Part shown: piece by piece, positions 28,458 to 38,645 of the stretch
How positions within the stretch are numbered: the first letter of the stretch is position 1
Layout: each line of letters begins with the position of its first letter
Assembly: GCA_041630155.1 (NCBI GenBank)
Contig: JBFKLX010000003.1
Coordinates: 1,915-65,914, forward strand
Reading direction: 5' to 3'
Length of the DNA stretch: 64,000 bases
Source: Acidobacteriota bacterium
GTDB taxonomy: Bacteria; Acidobacteriota; UBA6911; RPQK01; JANQFM01
Notes under the pieces: model-generated
What the model was told of the DNA's origin: nothing
What the model saw: the letters and a program-made list of their open reading frames with translations, nothing else
The model's database searches: none
Translations under genes and position numbers: made by a program

Positions 28458-28916
28458 TCAATCCTCATCCTTTTCCACACCTTCGGGAAGCGGGGGAACT
28501 CCGGCCACGTCGAGGGCCGGATTCAATGCCTTCAACTCCCGAACGACTGTGGCCACCTGAACGGGATCCTGGAACAGGAGCTCCCAGCCGCGGGCATGCC
28601 TCAGCACGAAGTTGCTCCTGGAGACAAGCAACCAGGGCCGAACGCGTTTCAGTTCGTTCGACTGAATCTCGCGCCGGCCCAGACCGCGGATGAAGACGAT
28701 GGATCCGTCCGGCTCCAGGGTGATGATTCTCACGGGCGCGAGCCTCACGTACCAGATGTAAGCAATACCCGCCCCCGCAACGAAGGCCACCCACCATGGC
28801 AGCTGACCACTGATCGCTTGAGTGATCCGCCAGAGGAAGTAAAGCGTGCAGAGAACGAACAGAGCCGTGAACCAGACCCCGAAGAGGCCGCCGCGCCGAA
28901 ACTTGAACTCATGCAT
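28458..28916 (-). CDS. Membrane protein with two TM helices and PH-like soluble domain (YdbS/DUF304-like)
   Basis: Start MHEFKFRRG; topology only. Confidence 0.35.
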   Translation of the reverse strand: MHEFKFRRGGLFGVWFTALFVLCTLYFLWRITQAISGQLPWWVAFVAGAGIAYIWYVRLAPVRIITLEPDGSIVFIRGLGRREIQSNELKRVRPWLLVSRSNFVLRHARGWELLFQDPVQVATVVRELKALNPALDVAGVPPLPEGVEKDED

Positions 28917-29611
28917 TTCGCCCTTCCCTGCCAGCGACCTCCCGGGAACGCGCTGGCGTCGCACCAGGCCGGTGGAGCGGAACCACGGTCCCCTCCAGGA
29001 TACAACGACGATGCAGTCGGTGGAGTCCGGCGTGTCAGATCGGCGAGATGTCCGTTCTCGAGCGCCCTTTCAACTGCGGGGAATCGGTGCGACAGCGAAA
29101 TCCGCTTCCGTGTCCAATTCGGCCCCCTCTTGGCCGTCCTGGAGGACGAAGCCGAACGAGTAACCCGGTATATGGGGGGCCACGCCGTGGCAGCCCATAC
29201 AGCCTTTGTCGTGGGCCCTGCCGCGACAGCCAGGTTGGCCATGTCGCGCTGATACGTGGTGCCGTCGTTGGGTGGAACCTGCTCGTAGACCGACCTGGTC
29301 AATCCGGGTGGTTGGCCCTGGAAGAACTGCACCCAGAGGCGTTTCAAAGCCGAAGCCCAAAAAGGCGAAGAGAGAGGGCAGAAGAGACGCCACGCGAACC
29401 ATGGCGGCCCGGGAATCGAAGGAGACCAAGTCTTCGGGCAGACAGGGGTAGATCTAGCGGAGATTCGGCTCTTCGGCCCCCACGAGATCCTCGGCTGCGG
29501 ATTCTATGTGCTGCCCCGGCAAGGCTCAGGGCCAGCCGGCTGGGGCTCGAGACTGGAGGGCCGGGCGGCTGAGCGCCCGGCCCCTTCGAGTCGAAGCACC
29601 GAGAATCGAGA

Positions 29612-30196
29612 TCAGAACGTGAAGGTCAGCCCTCCGGTCATCTCCAGCCAGGTCGAGGACTCACCCAGCAGATTGGGAAGCGTCCGGCCGCGGATGTCCG
29701 TCCGCAGACCCACCGGCCCCCAGATCGCGGGCGCCTTGATCCCGCCGCCGTAGCTGAAAGTCAGGAAGGTGGCCCGATTGTCCAACAGGGGGACCGGCGG
29801 GACCACTTGCACGGTGACCGGGTCGCGGTCAACGGTGATGCCCCCGACACTCACTCCCAGGAAGGGCTTGAACTTCTCCAGGTCGAACCGGTAATTCCCG
29901 TTGGCTTCCCACAAGTAACCCCGGCTGTTCCAATCACTGTTCTCGAACTCAAAGTGATTCAAGTAGGCGAAGTTGCCGCCCAGTTCGATTCTCCGCGTGA
30001 CGAAGAAATCGGCACGGATGCCGAAGATTCCCTGGTTCTTCAATTCAAAGCTGGAAGAACCAGAGTTGATGCTGCTGGGGCCCAAGGCTCCGCCCGCATA
30101 GGGGTGAAGCTCAAAGGTCTGAGCCCGCAGTCCGGCCATCGAAAAGAAGATCACCACAAAACCAAAGACCCCCAGGGATCTCAACAGGCATTTCAT
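29612..30196 (-). CDS. Outer-membrane beta-barrel protein (OmpW/OmpA-like)
   Basis: Signal peptide; alternating amphipathic strands; C-terminal TFTF ending in Phe. Confidence 0.6.
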   Translation of the reverse strand: MKCLLRSLGVFGFVVIFFSMAGLRAQTFELHPYAGGALGPSSINSGSSSFELKNQGIFGIRADFFVTRRIELGGNFAYLNHFEFENSDWNSRGYLWEANGNYRFDLEKFKPFLGVSVGGITVDRDPVTVQVVPPVPLLDNRATFLTFSYGGGIKAPAIWGPVGLRTDIRGRTLPNLLGESSTWLEMTGGLTFTF

Positions 30197-30731
30197 GGTT
30201 CACCTCCAAATGTTCGTCCGCCAGCCCTCGAAAACGCTTCGCGGGACTCTCCAGCGGAATTTCATGGTAATTGGATGCAGGTGGCCCATCCGAGATTTCA
30301 ATAAATCGCAATGTGCGGCTTCTGACCTGGCCGCCTCGGCAGCTGAGCGTGACTCTGTTTACATACTGTTTTCAGCAGCTTACGACGCAGTCGGAAACCC
30401 TGTCCGAGGAAGCGTCAGATATGCGGGTAGTCGACTTTCCGACGGAAAATATGGGGAAGCTGGGCCCCAGCCTCCCGGCCCACACACCTCAAAAGAAATC
30501 TCCCACCTCCGGCGAGCCTGTTCGCATGGAAGGAAATAGGTGGAAACGCCCAGCACGAAAATGCCCTGTCCCCACTTGGTTTCCCCGAAAAGCGTGTTTT
30601 CCTCGGGGTGATCATCGCGAGGGTCGAAGGGGGCCGCTGAAGGGATGACCAGGGCTGCGACGGCGGCGACCCGGAAAGAGAGCACTTGACACTGTGCCGA
30701 CTTTGCGGCACCAAGAGCCTGAGCCGGCTCA

Positions 30732-31850
30732 ATGATTTCGATCTTCGATGCACATCTGGATTTGGCCTGGAACGCGCTTTCGTTCAACCGCGACCTGACG
30801 CTTCCCGTCGAGGAAACCCGCAGGCGAGAACGGCTCATGAGCGACCACCCCTCCCGGGGCGGTTGTACGACCAGCATCCCCGAACTGCGCCGAGCCGGCG
30901 TCGGCGCCTGCGTGGCCACATTGCTGGCGCGAGCGGGGCCCGAGCAGGACCCGCGGGACGGTTACAGCCGAACCGACCTGGATCATGCCGCTCCAGCCAT
31001 CGCCTACGCAGTGGCCCAGGGCCAGCTTGCCTATTATCGTTGGTTGCAGGAGCAGGGACACCTGCGCATCATCCGAACAGCGCAGGAGCTGGAACGTCAC
31101 TGGAGTGAGTGGACGCTGCGGCGGGACTCGACTCCGATCGGCATCATTCTCGGCATGGAAGGGACCGACCCGGTGGTGGCGCCGCAACAGCTCGAAGCCT
31201 GGTGGCGCGACGGGTTGCGGGTGGCGGGACTGGCTCATTACGGCCTGAGCCACCACGCCGGGGGCACTGGAACAGACGGCCCCATCAGCCGGCTCGGACG
31301 CGAACTCCTGAAGCAATTCGAAGCACTGGGGATGGTTCTGGACGCGACGCATCTCTGCGACCGGAGCCTGGAGCAGGCTTTGGATGTCTATGGCGGCCCG
31401 GTCATGGCCAGCCACCACAACTGCCGGGCGCTGGTGCCGGGAGACCGGCAGCTCACCGATCAGCAGATTCGGTTGCTGATCCAGCGGGGAGCCGTGATCG
31501 GCACGGCTTTGGACGCCTGGATGCTGGTGCCCGGGTGGAAGCGGGGAGCGACTTCCCCAGAAGTCGTCGGCATCCAGGCGGCCGCCGATCATATCGACCA
31601 CGTGTGTCAGCTCGCCGGCGATGTGCGGCACGCGGGCATCGGAAGCGATCTGGACGGTGGCTTCGGCCGGGAGCAAACACCACACGATCTGGACACCATC
31701 GCGGATCTGCAGAAGTTGTCTGCGATCCTGCAGAAGCGCGGCTACAGTGCCCGGGAAGTCGCGGCGGTGTTTCACGACAACTGGCTCCGCTTCTTTCATG
31801 ACGCGCTGCCGGCCTCGTCGCCGACCGAGGGCTCCGGAGCCGTGCCATGA
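30732..31850 (+). CDS. Membrane dipeptidase (peptidase family M19)
   Basis: DAHLDLAWN N-terminus and HxD...H metal ligands pattern; 372 aa. Confidence 0.75.
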   Translation: MISIFDAHLDLAWNALSFNRDLTLPVEETRRRERLMSDHPSRGGCTTSIPELRRAGVGACVATLLARAGPEQDPRDGYSRTDLDHAAPAIAYAVAQGQLAYYRWLQEQGHLRIIRTAQELERHWSEWTLRRDSTPIGIILGMEGTDPVVAPQQLEAWWRDGLRVAGLAHYGLSHHAGGTGTDGPISRLGRELLKQFEALGMVLDATHLCDRSLEQALDVYGGPVMASHHNCRALVPGDRQLTDQQIRLLIQRGAVIGTALDAWMLVPGWKRGATSPEVVGIQAAADHIDHVCQLAGDVRHAGIGSDLDGGFGREQTPHDLDTIADLQKLSAILQKRGYSAREVAAVFHDNWLRFFHDALPASSPTEGSGAVP

Positions 31851-32191
31851 AGGAGTCGAAGAAGACCCGCCGTTCTCACCAGTCAGATCCTGACATCCGC
31901 TACGGCCGGAACTTCCTGAACGCCCGCTTCGAGGCTGCCCTGATCCTGGCCGCCTGGTCCGTCTGCCTGGTCTGGACGGTCGGGTACTCAGGGCTGGGGG
32001 CCTATGATTCGTCGCACCAGCACTTGGCCCTCATCCTCGGCATCCCCGGCTGGGTGTTCTGGGGTGTGGTGGTCCCCTGGGTGGCGGCCGTCCTGTTCAG
32101 CGTCTGGTTCAGCCTCTTCTTCATGGCCGACGACGACCTGGGCGAGAGCGACGCCGAAACGGACGAGGAGGAAACGTCACGTCCCGATTGA
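31847..32191 (+). CDS. YhdT-like (DUF997) small membrane protein, typical companion of SSS symporters
   Basis: Two TM helices then acidic tail (ADDDLGESDAETDEEE); overlaps the upstream and downstream genes by 4 nt. Confidence 0.5.
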   Translation: MKESKKTRRSHQSDPDIRYGRNFLNARFEAALILAAWSVCLVWTVGYSGLGAYDSSHQHLALILGIPGWVFWGVVVPWVAAVLFSVWFSLFFMADDDLGESDAETDEEETSRPD

Positions 32192-34128
32192 ACCTGATAC
32201 AGCCAGTCCTGGCGATCGACTCCGGTGCGGCCGGCTCCCTGGCAGCCCTGGCGGTGTTTCTCCTCTACACGGCCACGGTTCTGCTCCTGGCGTTTTTCTC
32301 GCACCGCAGGCTGGCCACCAGACGTTTCTTGAATGAATACTTCCTGGGCAGCAGAGGGCTGGGTGCGATCGCACTGGCTCTCACCTTCGGAGCAACCAGC
32401 GCCTCCGCCGGTTCCTTCGCCGGATTCCCGTCGCTCATTTACACGCACGGCTGGACGCTGGCGCTGTGGATTGCCAGCTACATGATTTTTCCTCTCTGCG
32501 GGATGGGCCTGCTGGGCAAACGACTCAACCGAATTTCCCGCCAGACGGGCGCCATCACACTGCCGGAGGTTCTACGAGAGCGTTTCGAGAGCCGGGCCCT
32601 GGGCCTCTTGAGCACGCTCCTCATGGCCTTCATGCTGACCGTTTACCTGATCCCCCAGTGTACCTTGGGTGCTTTGATCGTCCGGCAGTTGCTGGGCGAC
32701 ATCCCGCTCTACCAGCGGGCTGCCCTCGGGCTGGCGAGTGTGGCGGAAGGCTGGCTCCCGGTGGGGGTGAGCGCCGACTACCTGCTGGGACTGCTTCTGT
32801 TCGCGGTTCTGGTGGTGGTCTACACCACTGTGGGCGGCTTCCGAGCCGTGGTCTGGACCGACGTGCTGCAGGGGCTGGTCATGCTGGCGGGGGTCTGGCT
32901 GATGCTGATTCTGGCTCTGGCCCAGACCGGGGGCCTCAGCGAGGCGACGGCGAAGATGGCGGCGATGACTCCGCCCCGCCTGGGAGAGGTGGTCTTCGAA
33001 TCTTCCGTCCCCGCCCCCCCCGGGGGTTACCGAATCGCCTCCGACGTCTGGCTCGAGCTGGCCGACTCGTCCGGGGAGTCCCGGCTCGTGCGCACCAATC
33101 AGCCGGCCGTGATTCTGGGCGGCCGGACCCAGTCGGCCCCCGTCAAGGCTGTGGAGATCACCTCGCCCTCGGAGATCGAAAGGGTCCTCCGGGAACGGGA
33201 ACTCGCTTCGCCCGATCTTCCGGGCGCGGTGACGCCTCGCATCGTTGAAATGAACCCATACGCGAGGGGCGCGGGGCAGCCTGGTGTCTACGTGACAGCC
33301 CCTGGCCCAAGCGCCGGGGAGGAGACTGGTTTCCTGCCCCTCGGTCTGGCCGTTTCTTTTTTCGTGTTCTGGGCACTCTCGGGGACCGGCCAGCCCGGCA
33401 ACATGGTTCGCTTGATGGCATTCGACACGACGGCCAGCCTGAGACGAGCCATTGCGGGCCTGTCCATCTATTCGGCGCTGATCTATTTTCCCCTCGTGGT
33501 GATCTTCTGCTGCGCTCGCGTCCTGGTCCCGGGTCTGGACCAGACGCCCGACCGCATCATGCCGGTGATGGCCTTCCACCTGACCGACGCAGTCGATCTG
33601 CGCTGGCTCGCCGGTCTGATCATCGCCGCACCCTTTGCGGCTGCCATGTCCACGGTCGACAGCTTCATGCTGATGATTTCGTCGTCCGTGGTGAGGGATG
33701 TGTACCAGCAGAACCTCAACCCTCGCGCCCGGGAACGAACGCTCCGGCGAATGAGCTACCTGTGCACCGTGGCGATCGGCTTCGTGGCGGTTCTGGGAGC
33801 CGTCAACCCGCCGCGCTTCCTTCAATACCTGATCGTCTTCACCGGAGGCGGCCTCTCCGTCTCATTCCTCACTCCCGTGGCGCTGGCTCTGTACTGGCCG
33901 CGCTTCAACCGGGCCGGCGCTCTAGCGGCCATGGTCGGCGGGCTGGCCGCCTATCTGGGACTGTATCTCGCCGGATTCGCGCTCTATCAGAGCACGATTC
34001 CCGTCCGGCCGCTCGGCTTCGATCCGTTGATCTGGGGCTTTGTCGCGTCCCTGGTCTCAGGCTACCTGGGCGCTAAAGCGACGGAGGCGCCGCCGCGCCG
34101 CCTGGTGCGAAAGTTCTTCGGCCAGTGA
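32188..34128 (+). CDS. Sodium:solute symporter family (PanF/PutP-like) transporter with a ~130-aa soluble insertion
   Basis: SSS-type TM core; TTG start; insertion ATAKMAAMTPP...GLAVSFFVFWA between helices. Confidence 0.75.
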   Translation: MNLIQPVLAIDSGAAGSLAALAVFLLYTATVLLLAFFSHRRLATRRFLNEYFLGSRGLGAIALALTFGATSASAGSFAGFPSLIYTHGWTLALWIASYMIFPLCGMGLLGKRLNRISRQTGAITLPEVLRERFESRALGLLSTLLMAFMLTVYLIPQCTLGALIVRQLLGDIPLYQRAALGLASVAEGWLPVGVSADYLLGLLLFAVLVVVYTTVGGFRAVVWTDVLQGLVMLAGVWLMLILALAQTGGLSEATAKMAAMTPPRLGEVVFESSVPAPPGGYRIASDVWLELADSSGESRLVRTNQPAVILGGRTQSAPVKAVEITSPSEIERVLRERELASPDLPGAVTPRIVEMNPYARGAGQPGVYVTAPGPSAGEETGFLPLGLAVSFFVFWALSGTGQPGNMVRLMAFDTTASLRRAIAGLSIYSALIYFPLVVIFCCARVLVPGLDQTPDRIMPVMAFHLTDAVDLRWLAGLIIAAPFAAAMSTVDSFMLMISSSVVRDVYQQNLNPRARERTLRRMSYLCTVAIGFVAVLGAVNPPRFLQYLIVFTGGGLSVSFLTPVALALYWPRFNRAGALAAMVGGLAAYLGLYLAGFALYQSTIPVRPLGFDPLIWGFVASLVSGYLGAKATEAPPRRLVRKFFGQ

Positions 34129-34157
34129 GCCAGCCCCGGGGGTGGGTCGCCTGCATC

Positions 34158-34189
34158 AGATGCCCTGTGCCCGGTATGGTGACAGGGCA
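34158..34189 (+). repeat. Compact copy of the GCCCTGT/ACAGGGC inverted repeat (hairpin) after the symporter gene
   Basis: AGATGCCCTGTGCCC-ggtatggt-GACAGGGCA. Confidence 0.45.
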
Positions 34190-34253
34190 GTTCAGGGAAG
34201 GGATGTGGGGAAGGGGAATCATCCCAACTCCGCGGCGGGGGCGCGCGCCTGAA

Positions 34254-34622
34254 TCAGGGCGATTGCCTCCTCGGCCCGCGTGCAGTGACTGCGCTGCTGA
34301 GAGAGGCCAGCAGCAGCACCAGGGCGAAGACTGCGGCGGCCACGACTCGCCAGCTCGTGGAGGTCGCGAGGAGCGCAAGCATCAGCGCCAGCCACAGGAG
34401 ATTCGCCACACAAACACTCCACCTGCGCCAGGCTGACGCCGCGGCCCGCTCCTCCAGGTTCAGGAGACCGAGAAACATCATGGCCAGTCCGGCTCCCCCA
34501 AACCAGACCATGTCCTGAGAAATCGCGCTGTAGAGCGCAGGGGTGCCCAGGAAGGTGTGGCCCGCTCCTTGAGCGATCACCAGCACCGCCGTGATCTGCT
34601 GCAGGCGTCTCATCATCATGAT
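34254..34622 (-). CDS. Small hydrophobic membrane protein (start at MMMRRL)
   Basis: ~120 aa, 3-4 TM. Confidence 0.4.
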   Translation of the reverse strand: MMMMRRLQQITAVLVIAQGAGHTFLGTPALYSAISQDMVWFGGAGLAMMFLGLLNLEERAAASAWRRWSVCVANLLWLALMLALLATSTSWRVVAAAVFALVLLLASLSSAVTARGPRRQSP

Positions 34623-35056
34623 CGGCTCCTCGTGGTGGGCAAGGCTTTCGACCTGGCTCCGGCGCGGTCCAGAACGCTTCCGGCAAGGGAACCGGCAAAC
34701 CCCCAGGTGGCTGCCGTCCAGAGGACCGGGATGAATTGCCGCACTGCCGTCGCTTCGACCATGGCGTAGAGGTGGAGGTGCTCCGGCAGCGCCACGAACG
34801 CGCCCAGCATGGTTCCCGCCAAGGCTCCCGACCGCCATCCAGGCTCAGCTCCCAGGAGTCTCTTGATCAGATAGGTCAGAAACACCGCGGTCCCGAGGAA
34901 TGCCGCCCAGTGGAAGCCGTTCAAAGGCGCTGGCCGGGCGTTCGCAAATTTCTCGGCCAACCCGTCGGAAAAGACCGAGGGGAAGATCACTCCGTTGACG
35001 AGGATCAGAAAGGAAAAAACCATCAGTGAAGCGGTGACGAACCCACTCGGGATCAT
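34616..35056 (-). CDS. Small membrane protein (DUF1761-like), overlapping the downstream gene
   Basis: 146 aa, 4 TM. Confidence 0.4.
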   Translation of the reverse strand: MIPSGFVTASLMVFSFLILVNGVIFPSVFSDGLAEKFANARPAPLNGFHWAAFLGTAVFLTYLIKRLLGAEPGWRSGALAGTMLGAFVALPEHLHLYAMVEATAVRQFIPVLWTAATWGFAGSLAGSVLDRAGARSKALPTTRSRS

Positions 35057-35090
35057 CGCGCCCTCCAGCTCGACTTCTCTTCCGGTCGAC

Positions 35091-35882
35091 TCACGATCTG
35101 AAGCTGGCTCCCTCCGCCAGGGCCGCCACCAGCCGCTCCGCAGCCCCTTCCAGGCCCGTTTCGATGATGGCCGACTGCCCGGCGGCGGCTCCCCAAGCCG
35201 ATCCGCGCAAGCAGACGGCCTGGAACTGCGGCATGGCGATGCCCTTCAGCTCGATCGCACCGTTGATCTCCTTCCAGCTCAGCGCCAGCTCTCGGCCGCT
35301 GTCGGCGAGCAGGCGACCGGTCAGCGAGGTCCCGTCCCGCAGCACGAGATGCACCTTTTCGCCGACTTCCGTGCCGGCCAGCTCCCCGCTTCTCGTCAGC
35401 CAGCGGGCCAGGCCCTCCCGCCGGCGGTAGAAATTCTGTAGTTCGGCGAACGAGAAGCTGGCGGGCCGCATGACCATGAAGATGCCGCGCCTCTGGCCGA
35501 AATGATTCTCCAGGTAGTGCTGGAGAATTGCGAGGGCCAGCTTCCAGCCCGAGTCGATGCCCTCGTATTCATCACCCCAGTCACTGTCCTCCCCGAAGCC
35601 GGAGTGGATGAGCCGCATCACGGTCTCTCCGCCCTGCCGCTCGATTACGATCTCCTCGCGAAATGGGAAGCCGAAGGGGCTCCGGCCTTCCACGAGCAGG
35701 TAGGACCCAGGCTCGGCCTCGAGCACTTCGTAGGCGATCTCGAAACCCATCCGGCGCCACACGTGAATGATCTGCTTTCCAGGAGTAGCCTCGCCGGATG
35801 CCTCGTCGGGGAACCACTGGGCGAGCTTTTCCGGGTCGGCCCAGGCATCCCAGACGTCTTGCGGGGAGGCGCTCGTACGCAT
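35091..35882 (-). CDS. SRPBCC-superfamily protein (Aha1/AhSA1-like)
   Basis: WDAWADPEKLAQWF N-terminus; paired with the upstream ArsR regulator; start MRTSASP chosen to avoid overlap with arsR. Confidence 0.6.
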   Translation of the reverse strand: MRTSASPQDVWDAWADPEKLAQWFPDEASGEATPGKQIIHVWRRMGFEIAYEVLEAEPGSYLLVEGRSPFGFPFREEIVIERQGGETVMRLIHSGFGEDSDWGDEYEGIDSGWKLALAILQHYLENHFGQRRGIFMVMRPASFSFAELQNFYRRREGLARWLTRSGELAGTEVGEKVHLVLRDGTSLTGRLLADSGRELALSWKEINGAIELKGIAMPQFQAVCLRGSAWGAAAGQSAIIETGLEGAAERLVAALAEGASFRS

Positions 35883-35941
35883 CTCCCGCACGTCTCGTCT
35901 CGATTCTTCACGGGTCTGCTTCTTCGGTGGACTGGGGTCGC

Positions 35942-36592
35942 TCACGATAGTCCTCCTCGAGAGCGGTCGGGTACAGGCTCCTGCGCCGGTGGCGCGGGAT
36001 AACAGCCCACTACGAGGCGATAAGGCCGCCCTGGTCCGGCCAGACCGTCGGGGCCGCGGTGCGGGGAGGTGTGGCTCGCGATGACTCGAGCGACGGCGTC
36101 GCGCAGGGCGCGGGTGAATGCGGCCCGCTGCTGGGCACTGATGAACCGTATTTCGCTCGCCAGCGAGAGCGTGGGCAAACGCTTCGCCTGTTCCCGGGCC
36201 TCTCCCAGGGCACGCGCGATATCCGTCTGGATCTGGCAAGTCAGGGCCAGAAGGCGGCTGGCGCTCTGCTCGTCGGCGCTGCTCTCCGAGCCGGCGGACA
36301 GGGGCCCGATGACCCCCGGTGTGAGCACGTAGGAGCGGGCCGTCGCGACGTAGCGCTGTTCTATGAGGTTTCCCTTGCGGCGCTGCTCGGCCGCGACCAG
36401 CAGGCCGGCACGGGCCAGCCGTCGAACGTGGTAGTTCACCTTTTGACGGGGCTCGCCGAGGCGCCCGGCAATTTCAGTCGCCGAAGCCGGCTCACGCGCC
36501 CCCGCCAAGATCTCGAGCCTCAAGGGATTCAGCAAGGCACCCGCGGGCTCCAGCTCCCCTATGCATTCGATGTCAACAGGATGCGGTTGCAT
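35942..36592 (-). CDS. ArsR/SmtB-family transcriptional regulator with C-terminal extension
   Basis: LLNPLRLEILAGAREPASATEIAGRLGEPRQKVNYHVRRLARAGLL winged HTH. Confidence 0.75.
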   Translation of the reverse strand: MQPHPVDIECIGELEPAGALLNPLRLEILAGAREPASATEIAGRLGEPRQKVNYHVRRLARAGLLVAAEQRRKGNLIEQRYVATARSYVLTPGVIGPLSAGSESSADEQSASRLLALTCQIQTDIARALGEAREQAKRLPTLSLASEIRFISAQQRAAFTRALRDAVARVIASHTSPHRGPDGLAGPGRPYRLVVGCYPAPPAQEPVPDRSRGGLS

Positions 36593-36629
36593 TGAAAAAT
36601 ATCATATACCGGAAAAAATAATTTGTCAA
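36593..36629 (+). promoter_or_regulatory. AT-rich imperfect inverted repeat (TTGAAAAATAT...ATAATTTGTCAA) in the divergent arsR / SSS-symporter intergenic region; candidate operator/promoter
   Basis: Local GC ~25% in a ~67% GC genome; abuts the arsR start codon. Confidence 0.4.
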
Positions 36630-36830
36630 TGGATCGCGTGTCGGAATCTGGTGCGGTGAGGAAGCCGTGGCGTTGAGCATGACGGCGCCTGGAGCCGCGA
36701 GGGGCGCGGACACGTGAAGGCTGAGAATGGGCAGCTGGGTTCCCTCAGCCAATTGCAGAAGGCGGGTGAGTGTGGTCTCCTCGCATTGAGGTTGGGGCAA
36801 GCCGTGATCGAGACTCTCGAAAAGTACTGG

Positions 36831-38261
36831 ATGGTTCACCTCCTGCTTGTGGCTTACACGATTCTGTTGGCCTATCATGCCTGGGCCGGCGGACGGCAGA
36901 CTCGGGGTCTGGCAGACTATTACATCGGAGGCCGCAGGATGGGGGGGCTCGCCATCGGACTCTCCTTCTTCGCGACCTACTCGAGCACCAACAGTTTCGT
37001 CGGTTTCTCGGGACAGAGCTACGCCTGGGGAGCAGCCTGGCTCTGGCTCGTCCCATTCATCGTCGGATTCACCCTCTTGTCCTGGCTGCTCGTCGCGCCG
37101 CGCCTCCGCCTCCTCACCGAATCACTGGACTCACTGACGATCCCCGATTTCATCGGTTTCCGCTTCCGCAGCACGGCGTCACGGTTGGCGGCAGCGGTGA
37201 TCGTCCTCTTCGCCAGCCTCTTCTACATGACGGCCGTTTTCAAAGGCATCGGGAATCTCCTGGAAGCCTTCCTCGAAATCCCATACGAGAGCTCCATTCT
37301 GCTCGTCTTCCTGATCGTGATGCTGTACACGGCAGTGGGTGGATTCATTTCGGTCGTGAAAACGGACACCGTCCAGGGAGTGGTCATGATCGCGGCGGCC
37401 GTGCTGCTGTTCGCCGGCGCCACTCGCGCGGCCGGCGGAGTCGAGACGCTCTTCATGAATCCCGATCCCTCGGCCGGTCCGGAGTTCTCTCCGGGGGATG
37501 GAGGAATCGCCTTTCCCCTTCTGTTGGGAGTGCTTTTTTCGGCGACGGTCAAGACCCTCGTCGAACCTCGGCAGCTCTCTCGATTCTACGCCCTGAACAC
37601 GCCCTCGGACATTCGCGTGGGAATCTGGGTTTCCGGTCTCAGCTTCGCCCTGGTCTATACGCTCTTGACGCCGATCGGACTCTACGCGCGCCGAATCCTC
37701 CCGCCCGGAATCAGTGAAAGTGACCTGGTGGTGCCGACCTTGCTGCGCACCGAAGGGGTCTTCTCGGACGGCGCCAGCGCTTTTCTGCTGCTGGCCATGG
37801 TGGCGGCGGCGATGTCCTCGTTGGACAGCGTCCTTCTGGTGATGGCTTCCACGGCCGAGCGCGACGTGATGGGGGTCTTCAGACGGCGTCCGCTCAGTGA
37901 AGGCGCATCGGTGCGCAGCACCCGGCTCTACGTGGTGCTGTTCGCTTTTCTCACCATGCTGATGGCCCTCCGTCCACCCGGGGGCATCGTGACATTGACG
38001 GCCCTCTCGGGAGCAGTCTATGCGACCTGTTTCTGCCCCGCCCTTCTCCTGGGGCTCTACTGGCGGCGGGGCAACGGAGCCGCGGTCATGAGTTCATTCG
38101 CGGCCGGGCTTCTGGTGCTCTTTTCCTGGAGACTGACTCCCCTTGGCAACACGATTCATGAGGTCTTTCCGGCGGTCCTGCTGTCGTTGCTGGTCTTCGT
38201 GGCCGTCGCGGTCGTCACGCCGCCCAGGATGAGTCACGACGCGGTCGCTCATTTCGAGTGA
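36831..38261 (+). CDS. Sodium:solute symporter family transporter
   Basis: 13 TM SSS core; ATG at 36831. Confidence 0.75.
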   Translation: MVHLLLVAYTILLAYHAWAGGRQTRGLADYYIGGRRMGGLAIGLSFFATYSSTNSFVGFSGQSYAWGAAWLWLVPFIVGFTLLSWLLVAPRLRLLTESLDSLTIPDFIGFRFRSTASRLAAAVIVLFASLFYMTAVFKGIGNLLEAFLEIPYESSILLVFLIVMLYTAVGGFISVVKTDTVQGVVMIAAAVLLFAGATRAAGGVETLFMNPDPSAGPEFSPGDGGIAFPLLLGVLFSATVKTLVEPRQLSRFYALNTPSDIRVGIWVSGLSFALVYTLLTPIGLYARRILPPGISESDLVVPTLLRTEGVFSDGASAFLLLAMVAAAMSSLDSVLLVMASTAERDVMGVFRRRPLSEGASVRSTRLYVVLFAFLTMLMALRPPGGIVTLTALSGAVYATCFCPALLLGLYWRRGNGAAVMSSFAAGLLVLFSWRLTPLGNTIHEVFPAVLLSLLVFVAVAVVTPPRMSHDAVAHFE

Positions 38262-38449
38262 GACGTAGCTCGCCCTGCGGCGACTCCCGGAGCGGATTTT
38301 TGCCCGGTCGTGTCGCCTCAGGGCCCGGGGCATCTGACTGCGCCGCTGGGGCATTCGGCCCGGAAGGGAGAACCTGATGTCCGGAACAGCGCATTGGCCG
38401 ACGCTCTAGGTTATCGGCGGGTACTGCGTCCCCCACTCTTGCCATTCTC

Positions 38450-38465
38450 TGGCACATCCCTTGCT
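38450..38465 (+). promoter_or_regulatory. Sigma-54 (-24/-12) promoter consensus TGGCACatcccTTGCT
   Basis: Exact GG-N10-GC spacing; ~180 nt upstream of the giant-protein ATG. Confidence 0.55.
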
Positions 38466-38645
38466 CGCAATAGCGGCAAATTCACGTTCTTTGCCCGCCT
38501 GACCTCGGGAAGAGGGGCCATGAGCCAATCCGCCAGCCTGTGTTCCGGACCAACCGAAGGGCCATTGGCTCGTCTCTGGCTTCACCCTCGGATGCCGTTC
38601 TCGGGGTGCCTGCGAGCAGCATCGAGAAACAGTCGGGAGACCGCC

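Noticed and set aside
29070-29429. 119-aa minus-strand ORF with a CMGCHG (CxxCH) haem motif downstream of the OMP gene
   Set aside because: It could be a tiny c-type cytochrome. However the haem motif is oddly far from the N-terminus, the region between signal and motif is Arg-rich low-complexity, there is no convincing RBS, and two other frames are also open here. Left as unsupported.
38310-38645. N-terminal 112 codons of the track ORF 38310-42743
   Set aside because: No signal peptide or RBS at 38310, whereas ATG 38646 has a GGGAGA RBS and a classical signal peptide. The sigma-54 promoter lies inside the discarded stretch, so it is treated as 5' leader.
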